This document shows positions 43,952 to 55,161 of a stretch of DNA of 64,000 bases, one piece after another. A program made the translations under genes and the position numbers. The stretch comes from an uncultured Candidatus Saccharibacteria bacterium (lineage in GTDB: Bacteria > Patescibacteriota > Minisyncoccia > Phycocordibacterales > UBA9973), in assembly GCA_964596395.1 (NCBI GenBank), contig CAZQSY010000001.1, positions 27,763 through 91,762 on the forward strand, given 5' to 3'. Below the pieces are notes generated by a model. The model was not told the DNA's origin. It saw nothing but the letters and a program-made list of their open reading frames with translations, and made no database searches. The number at the start of each line of letters is the position of its first letter. Position 1 is the first letter of the stretch.

Positions 43952-44734
43952 TCAAAGAAGTTTTATCGAGAAAATATCGTATATCGGAATTATTTCTTTC
44001 TCCACTATGTTTTCTGTCATCGGTTCGGGCCAGGTGAAAACAATCTCTTTCTCTTCTTCACCTTTCATCTCTTCCAGATAAGTCCGGCTCACGTTCACGA
44101 CGTTGCCCTTGTCGTCGCGCAAGAGCACTACCGCGCCCACCTCCGACACGGAGAACAAAGAATTGTTTCTAAGCGTTGCGTAAAGGCGCGGCGAAGTATC
44201 CTGGTTCACAAAGTTTACGTTTGAAACAGTGATTCTACGCTCGCGGAGCCGCTCGGCGGGCGCCGCAAACCACTGCGGTGCCTCGGTGAATTCAAAGATG
44301 GTAAACACCGGCACGGAACTTCCTAAATTCACCGCCGCCTCAAAAACAACGAACTTGCCTCCGGGCGGGATAAAGGTCTGCCCATCTCGCTTGCCGATAT
44401 ACAGGTTGTCTTTGTCGTAAAAACGAAAACGGTATCCGATACTCCGTACCGCTGCGCCGCGGTTATAGTTTTCTAAATACGCCACCGCGTTGTAGCGCCC
44501 AGACACCACACGAAACGTGCGCGACCAAAGCACCGAAATTTTATCCGCCTCAAAAGAGCACACGCGAGCGCACATGCCACCGCAATCCACTCCCGTTTCG
44601 TCTCCGTTCATCCTACCGTCCGTGCAAGTCGGTTCTTTGTTTAGATAAGGAGAAATAAAAAGATACCCCGCCGCCGCGAGAAACGCGGCGAAAATACCGG
44701 TGTACAAAAGCTGCCTCCTTAAGGCCCAATTCAT
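43952..44734 (-). CDS. hypothetical membrane-anchored protein with Cys-rich N-terminal module (CTDGRMNGDETGVDCGGMCARVC)
   Basis: no family recognised. Confidence 0.3.
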   Translation of the reverse strand: MNWALRRQLLYTGIFAAFLAAAGYLFISPYLNKEPTCTDGRMNGDETGVDCGGMCARVCSFEADKISVLWSRTFRVVSGRYNAVAYLENYNRGAAVRSIGYRFRFYDKDNLYIGKRDGQTFIPPGGKFVVFEAAVNLGSSVPVFTIFEFTEAPQWFAAPAERLRERRITVSNVNFVNQDTSPRLYATLRNNSLFSVSEVGAVVLLRDDKGNVVNVSRTYLEEMKGEEEKEIVFTWPEPMTENIVEKEIIPIYDIFSIKLL

Positions 44735-44881
44735 GGGGATATTGTAGCATAAAAACTTGTCGAAGGCGTATCTTTTTTAGGGGGTTTGGCGAGCGACGGC
44801 GAGCCAATTTCAGGAATTTTTAAGCTTCAAAAATTCCGTACCCTAAAAAAGGTACGCCGAGAAAAAGTTTTTATAAAAAAA

Positions 44882-46555
44882 CTAAATGGCGTCCAGTTCA
44901 ATCGAGAATACCGACCCGCGGCCATCTTCTTTATTCGGCTCCATCCAGACGCGCCCTTTGTGCGCCTGTATAATCATCCGCACCGAGTATAGGCCGTAGC
45001 CGGTAGAATCAACGTTAACTTTTACCGACTCTTTGCCCCGGCCGCCTTCGGTGAATAGATTTTTCTTGTCCTCTTCCGAAACGCCGATGCCGGTGTCTTT
45101 TACGTAAAAGATTACTTTCTTCTGCTTGCCGTCGGGCGAAATATTTTTCTTGAGCCCCACCGTCACCTTGCCCGAAGGGGTGTAGCGAATGGCATTCTCA
45201 ATCAAATTATTCAGTGCTTCTTTCAGCCAGAAAGAGTCCCCCGAAACGGAACAAGCATCGTCATCAATCTTGGTTTCTACCTGCAGCCCCCTTGATTCGG
45301 CTGAAATTTTCTTCTCGGCCACTGTGCGCAGGACCATCTGTTTGAAATCAAGCGGCTGCATTTCGTATTTCACCGTTCCTTTCTCTAGATTCGCGGCGTT
45401 TAACACCAGGTCAACCGTTTCGATGCCCATGTTGTCTGACTCCAAGCCCTGCTCTACCACTTTTTTCGCTTCTGGCGTTATCACGCCGAACATGCCTTCT
45501 AAAAGACCGCTGAAAACATATTTTGACCGCGTAAACGACCCCTTGACCTTATGCGTCACCAAGTGCACCAGCGATTCCCTCTGCTTCAACAGGTCCTGCA
45601 AATCCGCATTGAGCTTTGCGAGTTCTTCCTTTTGCTGGATTTCTTTTTTGACACCCTTTATCAATAAATAACCAGCCACTAAAACCAATCCTAGGGTAGA
45701 AACAGCTACCCACCGCACATTTTCAATATTGCGGATGAAGATAATGCCTAAGATGGAAATGGCAAGAGCGAACACCAGTACTTGCGCACCTATCAGTTTA
45801 GCATTGAAAGTTTTGAATTTAACAATAAGGTAAGCAAGAAAAACCGTCAGAATAGGCATAGAGAACAACCCCACTTGGGCTAACGTCCAGTTTTCGGTAA
45901 AACTTCCAATAATGTTTCCAGAAACAAAGGCCAACAAGAATAAAGTTACCCCGGCAGTAATCAGAATTATCTGTCTTTTCATTACAGCATCTGCTTTAAC
46001 GTATTTTCGGAAAGCAAAGTCCAATATCCACAATAGGTAAAAAATTTCAATAAAATAAATGTAGTAAGTGGCAATTGGACCTTCTACGGGCTCTCGGTAG
46101 CAATTCGTCAAATCGAAACCGACTAATACCAACTTGGTCGGGAGAAGAATAATTATTGGTAAAAGAAGGGAAAATATACCAACTTTTTTCCTGAAACTTA
46201 TATCCCGTTTCTCCACAAAAACGCTCACAAAGTATACCGACAAAGCATAGATAAGCGGCTCAGCCACTAAAATCATGCCCCAAAAAAACATAATAAGAGA
46301 AGGTTTCTCGTTCGCCCATAAAATCAAGTCAAAGAAAACCCATAGAGCAAACGCCAACATAATCAAGAAGAGCAATCGGTTCACAAGCTCTTTTCGGTTT
46401 TGAAAAAAAACAAAGAATCCTACCGCCACAGCCAAAACCAACGACAACATATGGGAGTAGTAGATGAGTGGGCCAAACACGTTAGCAGAAAAAACAAGAA
46501 ACCGGGCGGTATCCCATTCGCACATCGCTATGAAATCACTAATGACAGTTTCCAT
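44882..46555 (-). CDS. sensor histidine kinase with ~8-TM sensor domain (no adjacent response regulator)
   Basis: H-box HLVTHKVKG, N-box, G-box DTGIGV; HATPase_c. Confidence 0.75.
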   Translation of the reverse strand: METVISDFIAMCEWDTARFLVFSANVFGPLIYYSHMLSLVLAVAVGFFVFFQNRKELVNRLLFLIMLAFALWVFFDLILWANEKPSLIMFFWGMILVAEPLIYALSVYFVSVFVEKRDISFRKKVGIFSLLLPIIILLPTKLVLVGFDLTNCYREPVEGPIATYYIYFIEIFYLLWILDFAFRKYVKADAVMKRQIILITAGVTLFLLAFVSGNIIGSFTENWTLAQVGLFSMPILTVFLAYLIVKFKTFNAKLIGAQVLVFALAISILGIIFIRNIENVRWVAVSTLGLVLVAGYLLIKGVKKEIQQKEELAKLNADLQDLLKQRESLVHLVTHKVKGSFTRSKYVFSGLLEGMFGVITPEAKKVVEQGLESDNMGIETVDLVLNAANLEKGTVKYEMQPLDFKQMVLRTVAEKKISAESRGLQVETKIDDDACSVSGDSFWLKEALNNLIENAIRYTPSGKVTVGLKKNISPDGKQKKVIFYVKDTGIGVSEEDKKNLFTEGGRGKESVKVNVDSTGYGLYSVRMIIQAHKGRVWMEPNKEDGRGSVFSIELDAI

Positions 46556-46720
46556 GATTATTCTTCAAGTAAAGTTTCGTAAAACGTCTCTTCGTCAGTA
46601 AAAAAATCAAAGTCCCTTATGACTACATAGCGGTAATAAGCAACAACGATAGAAATCATTATGATAAAAGCAAACACCGAGAAAAAAGCCCTGGATTTTC
46701 GCTCAACTATCATGCTTGTA

Positions 46721-47272
46721 TTATACACGGAAATCTTTTTTAATAAAATCAACCCAAGTTTTCTTGAAATCTTTATAGCTCTTGAAGTTTTCCCTATTGA
46801 ATTTCCTAAAAACCTCTTTGTAATAAGGTGTGGAACGGTTACAATACCGAGCGAAAAATTTCTTAGGTAAAAACTGGATGGACTGTACTGTCTTTCGACA
46901 ATTTTTCTCTCCGCAACTGCAGTGAAAACGCCAAAAAATATCAGCTTCATAAAAAGAATAATCCGAAGTAATTTCTTCTCCTTTTTTTATATTCTGCAAA
47001 GACACGATCTTATTCTTTTCAGTAAACATTGAATTGGGATTACAGGAGTGGTTGAGGTAAGGCCCGAGGCCTTTGGGGTGAATCCAGGTATTTTTATCGA
47101 CACCATACAGGTTATAACTTATAGTATCTGCTATTTTCTGACTAGTAATCAAAAACTTTACTTTTTTTCCCTGTACTGTAAAAATCTTTTCTCCCTTTTT
47201 TATATCTTTGCGGGCTAAAACACCTTTGCCATGTACTTTGCTTTTACCAATATATGCCTTATTCATGCTCAT
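46721..47272 (-). CDS. SET-domain protein (putative lysine methyltransferase) with post-SET Cys cluster
   Basis: NHSCNPN and C-terminal CSCGEKNC. Confidence 0.65.
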   Translation of the reverse strand: MSMNKAYIGKSKVHGKGVLARKDIKKGEKIFTVQGKKVKFLITSQKIADTISYNLYGVDKNTWIHPKGLGPYLNHSCNPNSMFTEKNKIVSLQNIKKGEEITSDYSFYEADIFWRFHCSCGEKNCRKTVQSIQFLPKKFFARYCNRSTPYYKEVFRKFNRENFKSYKDFKKTWVDFIKKDFRV

Positions 47273-47898
47273 TGATGCTTGGAGAGAAAGCTTATATCTC
47301 TTATAATGTTCTTCTTTCGAAGCAAAAGTATGAAAATTATGATGAGATCCGAAACAAGCATGTAAATCGGATACACTAAAATGGCGAAGGAGAAGCGTTC
47401 TACCGCAAACATATTCAAGCTATCTGCCACGCCGGTGCCAAACCACGCCCAGAAATCTTCCCCTTCCGGCCGCAGAAAGGATTTTTTAATGGTCGGCACA
47501 ATAGCAAAAGAATCAATCACCAGGTTGGTAACCAGGGCTACCACAGGGTTATCAAACACAATCCATAAAACAATACTTATCACTGCGCCCAAAAAACAAA
47601 AAAGGTCAGTACGGTCCTCCATACTTCCTTCTCCGTACTTCATCGACAGTAAAGCTATCAGGAATGGTCCCAGAAATTCCACATACGGCACCCATACTGT
47701 ATTCTCAGCTCCAGAAGAATCATAACTTAGCGCCAACACCAGCCCCATAAAGGCCCAAACCCACCAGGTAACCCTGTTGGGTTTTGACCCGCCCTTAAAT
47801 ATAGAAATTATATAAACAATATAAGCGAAGAATGCTATCGCGCCTGCCACAATTCCCAGAACTGATTTCGTATCGCCGAGAAAAATCAAGTCCAACAT
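47269..47898 (-). CDS. hypothetical polytopic membrane protein
   Basis: 6 TM profile only. Confidence 0.3.
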   Translation of the reverse strand: MLDLIFLGDTKSVLGIVAGAIAFFAYIVYIISIFKGGSKPNRVTWWVWAFMGLVLALSYDSSGAENTVWVPYVEFLGPFLIALLSMKYGEGSMEDRTDLFCFLGAVISIVLWIVFDNPVVALVTNLVIDSFAIVPTIKKSFLRPEGEDFWAWFGTGVADSLNMFAVERFSFAILVYPIYMLVSDLIIIFILLLRKKNIIRDISFLSKHQ

Positions 47899-48179
47899 AT
47901 TTCCTGTATTATATCACGAATATTTTATAATGTAAAGCCGTTGCGCCTTAATTGCCTGATAATTAAGCCGAAAAAAGTCCAACCCAAAAAACAAAAAACC
48001 ACCTTGCAGGTAGTTTTTCACAGGTGCTATTTCATCATTCCCCACGCCGCGGGGGCGCAGTTCTTTCATTATCGGCAAGAAAAGTTTTTCTGGTCTACGG
48101 AAAAAAACTTTCATTCTTTATCTTAAATCATATCATACTGCTTGAGTATAGCAAGACCGAATTTTAAATCAAAACCCCG

Positions 48180-48300
48180 AATTTGCCGTATTAACTTCGG
48201 TAAAGGAGAAAGTCGTGGAATTGCCTGACTGGTCTTCGGCGGTGCAGGACGTTAACCCGCAAACAGAATTTAGTGACTGGTCAAGACTGTCTGTAGCCAG
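48180..48300 (-). other. in-frame fragment homologous to C-terminal region of giant protein 49750..53607 (LATDSLDQSLNSVCGLTSCTAEDQSGNS vs SATDNLDQSLNPVCGLTSCTAEDQSGNT)
   Basis: manual translation and DNA alignment to 50078..50165. Confidence 0.55.
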
Positions 48301-48602
48301 GAAGACGATGGAAAGGGTACCTGACCCCCTTATCCCCTTTCACTCCCCAATCTTCCCATAAAATATTTCTAATCCCTAGGCATCGCCGTTATTCGCGCCA
48401 ATTGGGATGGTTTTGATGAAAGCGCCGGTTGTATTGTATTGGTAGATCTTTTTGTCTTCTTCATCGACCACGAAATAGTTGGTACCGTCAAATGCTACCC
48501 CTTCGGGGTCACCGTTTGATGGGTTAAGCTTGAACGACTTCTGAAATGCTTTAGTCACGAGGTCATAAAGATACACTAAGCGATCGGCTTCGTCATTTTT
48601 TA

Positions 48603-49048
<446 letters not shown>

Positions 49049-49084
49049 AATAATAAATCATTTAATAATTTGCCTTAACGAAGC

Positions 49085-49309
49085 CTTTATCGGTTGTAAT
49101 GCTCATAGTCGCTATTCCACTAACATACTTTTTCGAAACCACGGTTTTTCCGTCAGAAGAAAAGAGCCGTATTTCCGATTTGTCAGCGGTTGGATTATAG
49201 TGGACAGCGACAATTTTCTTGTCGTTCTGAAGAAAGGTTTGAATCAGTTGGGTAATGGCCGTGTCCTGATGTTCATACTCTACTGAAAGAATGCTCTTGG
49301 AAACTGCCG

Positions 49310-49320
<11 letters not shown>
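49085..49320 (-). other. promoterless, in-frame ~88-codon copy of the C-terminus of the giant protein (…KSILSVEYEHQDTAITQLIQTFLQNDKKIVAVHYNPTADKSEIRLFSSDGKTVVSKKYVSGIATMSITTDKGFVKANY*), candidate silent cassette
   Basis: ~85-90% nt identity to 49775..50010; no frameshifts; preceded by stop of small gene. Confidence 0.6.
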
Positions 49321-49735
<415 letters not shown>

Positions 49736-49749
49736 AATAAATAAATCAT

Positions 49750-52700
49750 TTAATAATTCACCTTAACGATACCTTTATCGGTTGTAATATTTATGGTGGT
49801 CACCCCAGTTGTGTACTTTTTCGAAACCACGGTTTTTCCATCAGAAGAAAAGAGCCGTATTTCCGATTTGTCAGCGGTTGGATTATAGTGGACAGCGACA
49901 ATTTTCTTGTCGTTCTGAAGAAAGGTTTGAATCAGTTGGGTGATAGTTCCTCCTTCATGTTCATACTCTACTGAAAGAACGCTCTTAGGAAGAGCTGTTA
50001 TTGTACCACCATATGCGATTTGGGTCATCTTCACCTTGTGCACATCCTCATCCTCTTGACGAGTAAAGAAGAGAGCCGTGGTATTGCCTGATTGATCTTC
50101 GGCGGTGCAGGACGTTAGCCCGCAAACGGGGTTCAATGATTGGTCGAGATTGTCTGTAGCTGAAAAGATAAAGCTCTCAGATGACGTATCGTAGTAAAAT
50201 GCAAACTCGGGAGGAGTTGCGTCATATACAGTCACGCCGCCGGGCGTGGCTTGGAGGGTTTTATCAATTAAGCCATCTCCGTTTTGGTCAATTTGAAGCT
50301 CTGCGGCCGAAACTACGAAATTTGGAACGACTTCTATGTTGGCAACAGTAGAGTCGGAACTAGGAATACCTTGAAAAGAGGTGAACTCGGTTATAGTGTT
50401 GCCTTGTCGTTTTTCAACATCCAAAGAGAAATTCCCCTCTTCATAACCCTGCAGTTTTAGAGTATACGCAATATCGTCAGGAGCTGAGATGAACTGAACA
50501 TCTCCAATTTGTCTGAAAGTGACATTGGGGATTTCTTCTCTGACTTCATCGGTAATCGGATCTCGTCCTGTGTATCTACCTTGCAAATCTGTGATACCAA
50601 GAGTAAGTGGTGAGTGGAGGGTGTAGTGCAAACGGGTTTTATTTGATTCTAAAGTGGAGTCATCGTTCAGCACAATATTATCTGGGTCAGTAGAAGAATC
50701 CTCATCCTCAATTTTGGATTGCAAAAAAGTACGTAAATTCAATATCTCCATTATATTTCTATGAACCCTATCAGGTGAATTATCTTCATTATACCTCTCT
50801 AGGTTCACCCACCATCTTTCAATATTAGGATTACTGTCTGACATCCATAAAGCACTCGGTGTGACTACTGTACCGTCGCCGTCAACAATGAAACGTGGTG
50901 TATAAGAAAGATACTCTACGCCATTTTTGTCTCTGTAAGTTTTGTAATCCAACCCTGCGAGAGTTTCTTCTCCCCATCCTGCCACTTGTATAACCTCAGT
51001 ATCCGAATGTGGTTGCCAAGAATCAAGCACCTGGTGAACATTTTTCGCTTCTTCATATAAATATGAATTTCCGATATTTGGATGAGTAGTATCATTGAAA
51101 GATGGCTCACTTCTACCATCGCTCCCCAAAATGTAATTTTCAAGTTCGTTTTCATCAGATACAAAAAAACTATACTGAGACAACTGCGGGTTGAAAAACG
51201 GCTTATTTTCGAAAGAAATGAGTTTGTCTACCGCAAAACCAGGATCAACCGTAGTGAAGTAACCAGCAGAAGGAAGTAAATTGTAAACCGCCGGCATATT
51301 TTCTGAAAGTTGGCGTGACCTATCGGCATTCATAATAAAACCACGTCCAAGTTCATTGCCATGAAGTAATGCAGTCATCGCATCCGGTGTACCTACCTGC
51401 GGTACCGCGACAAAAATAATTTTGTCTATCTTTTCGTAAAGGGAATTATTGGTGTCTTTTAATTTTTGGACTAAGGCTTTCGCCACCAAACCTCCGTTGG
51501 AGTGAGTAATAATAATCACTTTTCCATTCCTAGAACTTGCCTGCAATTCCTCTAACTTCTTCAGAACAAAAGACTGCGAAAAATCTTGCGAATTCGTGAA
51601 AGACAAATTACCATCTGTTCCGACCGCGCCATTTGTAATAACATCATCAAGCGAAAGCCGCCAGTCATACGGAATGAAAGCATAATCTTCGATGATTTTA
51701 TCTTCCTCTTTCCATTTTTTAAGATTGTCAAGAAATGATTGATAAATATTAGCGCTAAAAACATCGTCGATTATTCCAGTCTCATCTCCATCACCATCTA
51801 ATCTCTGTGTATCATTTTTAGTATAAACATTATTTACGCTTTTTCCCTGAGTATCAAGTGTAAGGCGCGTATGGTCAGTATCACTCGTAGACACCCACAA
51901 CTCATTGTCTGAAGCTCCATCTTGTTCATACAATCTAGAACCCATAATCCCCGGCAAGAAAAGAATATTTGAAAAACAATCAACGGCGCAAGAAGGATTA
52001 GAAGCATTAATCACCACTGTCCCATCCTCTGCTGCTGGAGCGCAACCGTAAAAGCAATACACGCCGGCCTTCGCCGTGGCTGTGCCGGAAAAAGAGGAAT
52101 CTTCGTAGTATATGGCGATGCGTCCGCCTCCGCCGGCGATTCCCGCGAAGGGCCAAGAAGTACCACCACCATCTGCCTTAAAAACCCCTGCGCCACTTAA
52201 ATTGCCAGCGGTGACATAAATACTACCTCCACTTCCCCGCTCTAATGAATTCACCGTACCAGTCGCCGTGTCTGCTACAGAACTTGCGGTAATTAATCCG
52301 TCGTTTTGCAAATTATTTTCCGCAATAATGCGAATAGCGCCGCCGCCCCGAATGCTGTCTCCTCGGCCGCTGCCAAAATCAGTCGGCGCTTCGGCGGAGC
52401 CGTAGACCGGTTTGGCAGGCGCTCCCCCGCCTTTACCGCCATAGCTGGCGCCGGCGGTGTTTTCCGTAACCGGAGTACCCGGACCGCGGACATACCCTTT
52501 GCCGTTTGCGGAAATTCTAGAGCCCTGCTCGATAAAAATATCGGGGATTTCTAAAAAAATAGTGCGCTCTGGTAAAACTGTTATAGTAGAAGATCCCTTT
52601 AGCGCCAGAGAATCCGCGTGAATTGTTTCTTGTCCGGACAAAGTAAATACCGAGGCGCCGTCTATTAAAATGTTCTGTGCTGTAACATCCGCGCCTGATC

Positions 52701-53607
52701 CCATACTCACTACTGATTTATCCGATATAAAAATATCATTTAATGTAAATGGGCTATCGCTGGCGAGAAATTTCCATGAAGAATCCACTGATAAATTATT
52801 ATTTGCCGTGTCAAAAAATCCCGCCGTTCCGTCTTGAGCGCAGGTCTGAGAAAATCCATCGTAACTTCCACAACCCCCTTTGACCTCCACGGTGCCGGTC
52901 ATGAAAGACGTGGCAAAGTAAATGGCGATGCGTCCGCCGCTGCCGCTGCCGCACGTTTGAGAACAGCTAACATCGAGTCCGCCGCCGTTAGCTTGCCACA
53001 CCCCGCTCCCGGTTAAATCGTTAACGGTTACATATATGCTACCGCCACTGGAACTCCGGTCTCCGTTGGCAGAAATTCTGCCGTTATTGTCAATGGAATC
53101 CGCAGTTATCCAAAGGGCCCCGCCTCCGCGGTTGTTGCCGGTGCCTCTGCCACTGCCTAAATCTTTCGGGTAAACGGCACTTCCGTAATAATAATTTGCG
53201 CCGCCAAAGGGCGTGTCGGGAGCGCCGGGACCGTATACATACCCTTGCCGGTCTGCGGAAAGGACGGCCCCATTTTCAACCGTGATATTTTCGGCATTTA
53301 TTTTTACTCCTTTGAAATCCTCCGGGGAATTTAGGTCGCCTTTTAAGGTGAGCACCGCGTTATTGGTTACGGTAAGATTATTGAAATTATATTCGCCGGC
53401 GGGTAACGTAGCGTTTATAGTCATCACAACATCGGTCTCATCGCTGTCGTCAATGCCGTTTTGATTTAGGTCGGACTGCAAAACCGCGGCTTCTGCCGAA
53501 TAAGCAGAGGTTAAAAAATAAAGTAAGAAAACAAACGTTCCTAATTTCAGTAAAACTTTAAATTGGCGGAGATTCGGTATCATCTGGAAATCCTCTAATT
53601 GACGCAC
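49750..53607 (-). CDS. 1285-aa secreted giant protein: signal peptide, Gly-rich parallel beta-helix-like repeats, central alpha/beta-hydrolase (lipase-like, THSNGG nucleophile elbow), C-terminal beta-rich domains
   Basis: repeated GGG(A/R)I..I motifs in N-terminal half; GHSxGG-type motif VIIITHSNGGLVAKAL; domain boundaries inferred. Confidence 0.5.
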   Translation of the reverse strand: MRQLEDFQMIPNLRQFKVLLKLGTFVFLLYFLTSAYSAEAAVLQSDLNQNGIDDSDETDVVMTINATLPAGEYNFNNLTVTNNAVLTLKGDLNSPEDFKGVKINAENITVENGAVLSADRQGYVYGPGAPDTPFGGANYYYGSAVYPKDLGSGRGTGNNRGGGALWITADSIDNNGRISANGDRSSSGGSIYVTVNDLTGSGVWQANGGGLDVSCSQTCGSGSGGRIAIYFATSFMTGTVEVKGGCGSYDGFSQTCAQDGTAGFFDTANNNLSVDSSWKFLASDSPFTLNDIFISDKSVVSMGSGADVTAQNILIDGASVFTLSGQETIHADSLALKGSSTITVLPERTIFLEIPDIFIEQGSRISANGKGYVRGPGTPVTENTAGASYGGKGGGAPAKPVYGSAEAPTDFGSGRGDSIRGGGAIRIIAENNLQNDGLITASSVADTATGTVNSLERGSGGSIYVTAGNLSGAGVFKADGGGTSWPFAGIAGGGGRIAIYYEDSSFSGTATAKAGVYCFYGCAPAAEDGTVVINASNPSCAVDCFSNILFLPGIMGSRLYEQDGASDNELWVSTSDTDHTRLTLDTQGKSVNNVYTKNDTQRLDGDGDETGIIDDVFSANIYQSFLDNLKKWKEEDKIIEDYAFIPYDWRLSLDDVITNGAVGTDGNLSFTNSQDFSQSFVLKKLEELQASSRNGKVIIITHSNGGLVAKALVQKLKDTNNSLYEKIDKIIFVAVPQVGTPDAMTALLHGNELGRGFIMNADRSRQLSENMPAVYNLLPSAGYFTTVDPGFAVDKLISFENKPFFNPQLSQYSFFVSDENELENYILGSDGRSEPSFNDTTHPNIGNSYLYEEAKNVHQVLDSWQPHSDTEVIQVAGWGEETLAGLDYKTYRDKNGVEYLSYTPRFIVDGDGTVVTPSALWMSDSNPNIERWWVNLERYNEDNSPDRVHRNIMEILNLRTFLQSKIEDEDSSTDPDNIVLNDDSTLESNKTRLHYTLHSPLTLGITDLQGRYTGRDPITDEVREEIPNVTFRQIGDVQFISAPDDIAYTLKLQGYEEGNFSLDVEKRQGNTITEFTSFQGIPSSDSTVANIEVVPNFVVSAAELQIDQNGDGLIDKTLQATPGGVTVYDATPPEFAFYYDTSSESFIFSATDNLDQSLNPVCGLTSCTAEDQSGNTTALFFTRQEDEDVHKVKMTQIAYGGTITALPKSVLSVEYEHEGGTITQLIQTFLQNDKKIVAVHYNPTADKSEIRLFSSDGKTVVSKKYTTGVTTINITTDKGIVKVNY

Positions 53608-53682
53608 CTAAATTATATTACCGCCGCAGATTCCTTGAAGAAGAAAGATGTGGATAACTATCAGCGTGAAATCGAGTATTGC

Positions 53683-55161
53683 TTACACTAAGTGATTATA
53701 ATAGCGACGGTCATCGGCATTAGAGAAAACTCCGTTGTCCAGCGCCTCTTTGATTTCTCTCATACCGTCAAGGACAGTGACTTTCGGGCGAAATCCAAGT
53801 TCACGCTCTATTTTTTTGAATTTCACTTTGTAACTGCGCTGGTCGGTGACAGTACCCAATGTTTCAATCTGTACATCGGGAAAAACTTCTTTTACCAATT
53901 CCCCGAGGTCTGATATAAGATAATTTCCCGTGCCGCCGCCGACATTGAATACCCTTCCGCCCACAAGAGCAAGAGGCGCTTCGAGAACCGCGAGTACTGC
54001 CCTTACCACATCGCTCACATGTATCAAAGGCCGCCATTGATTTCCTCCAAAAATAGTAATCTTTTTTTCAAAATACGCCTTCTTGGTAAAAATATTCACT
54101 ACCAAATCAAAACGCATCCGACCTGAGAGCCCAAAAACGGTAGAGAGGCGAAGTATCGTGGGAGAAAATTTTTCGTCGGCCAAGCGGATAATGTCGCGCT
54201 CAGCATAAATTTTAGTTTCCCCATAAAAATCCACGGGGTTAAGGGGCGAGTGTTCGTCTACTTCATCTTCATTATCGGATTTTCCGTACGCGCTACATGT
54301 TGAAAAATAAATAAAACGCTTAACACCGTATGCTTTGGATATTTTTGCCACATTGACCGCCCCTAAATAATTCGTCCTAATGGCAAGGTCCTTGTTCGCA
54401 GAACACGCGGCCTCCCCGACGATAGCCGCCATGTGTACTACAGTATCAACATCAACCATATTCCGCTCTAAAAAAGCCGTATCCAAAATATCACCCTTGA
54501 TAACTTGAAGGCGGGGCGAGGAATTGAATTCAGCAAGCGATTCACCGCCAAAAAGCATTTTGTCATAAACTTTTACCAGATAACCCTTTTTTAAAAGTTC
54601 GCCCACCAGCATTGACCCGATGTATCCAGCGCCACCCGTTATCAGCACGGTTTGTATTTTTGCGCCGTTTAAAAATTTAGAAGTTAGGGGAAAAAGCATC
54701 TGCTCTTTCCCCATGCGAAACACTTCAGGATTGCCGCGCATAATCTGCCAATATATTCTCTTAGAAAAACGCAGGGTCCCGGTAAACAAAAAAAGGAGCA
54801 TGAGGTAGATAAAAATGACAGAACGAGGAAATTCTTGGAGCGGCGGCGTGCCACGAAAAAGAAAAAGCCCGGTACCGAGGATAAATACAGAGACAAAAAC
54901 TCCTTTTGCGATAGCAGGAAGGTCAGTCAAGCTTATAAAAGAATGGGGAAAACGATAGAGCCGAAAAAAACTGAATACGAGAGGAGTTACGACTAGCGCC
55001 GCAGTCATAAACCACAGAAATCCATCAAAACGGATTGACGGAATGGAACCATCAAAACGGATTAAGAATGCCAGGTATGCTGAAAGCGCAACAAGAACAA
55101 GGTCGCATAAAACTAGGATGAGCGCTTTCGGTTTTTTTAAAAAAGATACGAATTTATTCAT
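53683..55161 (-). CDS. membrane-anchored NAD-dependent nucleotide-sugar epimerase/dehydratase (CapD/WbpM-like architecture)
   Basis: 4 N-terminal TM + VLITGGAGYIGSML Rossmann + YxxxK (YGETKIYAE). Confidence 0.65.
   Translation of the reverse strand: MNKFVSFLKKPKALILVLCDLVLVALSAYLAFLIRFDGSIPSIRFDGFLWFMTAALVVTPLVFSFFRLYRFPHSFISLTDLPAIAKGVFVSVFILGTGLFLFRGTPPLQEFPRSVIFIYLMLLFLFTGTLRFSKRIYWQIMRGNPEVFRMGKEQMLFPLTSKFLNGAKIQTVLITGGAGYIGSMLVGELLKKGYLVKVYDKMLFGGESLAEFNSSPRLQVIKGDILDTAFLERNMVDVDTVVHMAAIVGEAACSANKDLAIRTNYLGAVNVAKISKAYGVKRFIYFSTCSAYGKSDNEDEVDEHSPLNPVDFYGETKIYAERDIIRLADEKFSPTILRLSTVFGLSGRMRFDLVVNIFTKKAYFEKKITIFGGNQWRPLIHVSDVVRAVLAVLEAPLALVGGRVFNVGGGTGNYLISDLGELVKEVFPDVQIETLGTVTDQRSYKVKFKKIERELGFRPKVTVLDGMREIKEALDNGVFSNADDRRYYNHLV

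Noticed and set aside
46558-46950. 130-aa ORF overlapping the 3' third of the SET-domain gene in another frame
   Set aside because: Most of it overlaps a gene with strong domain support; only its last ~51 codons (46558..46713) are non-overlapping and could be an independent tiny TM peptide, but evidence is insufficient.
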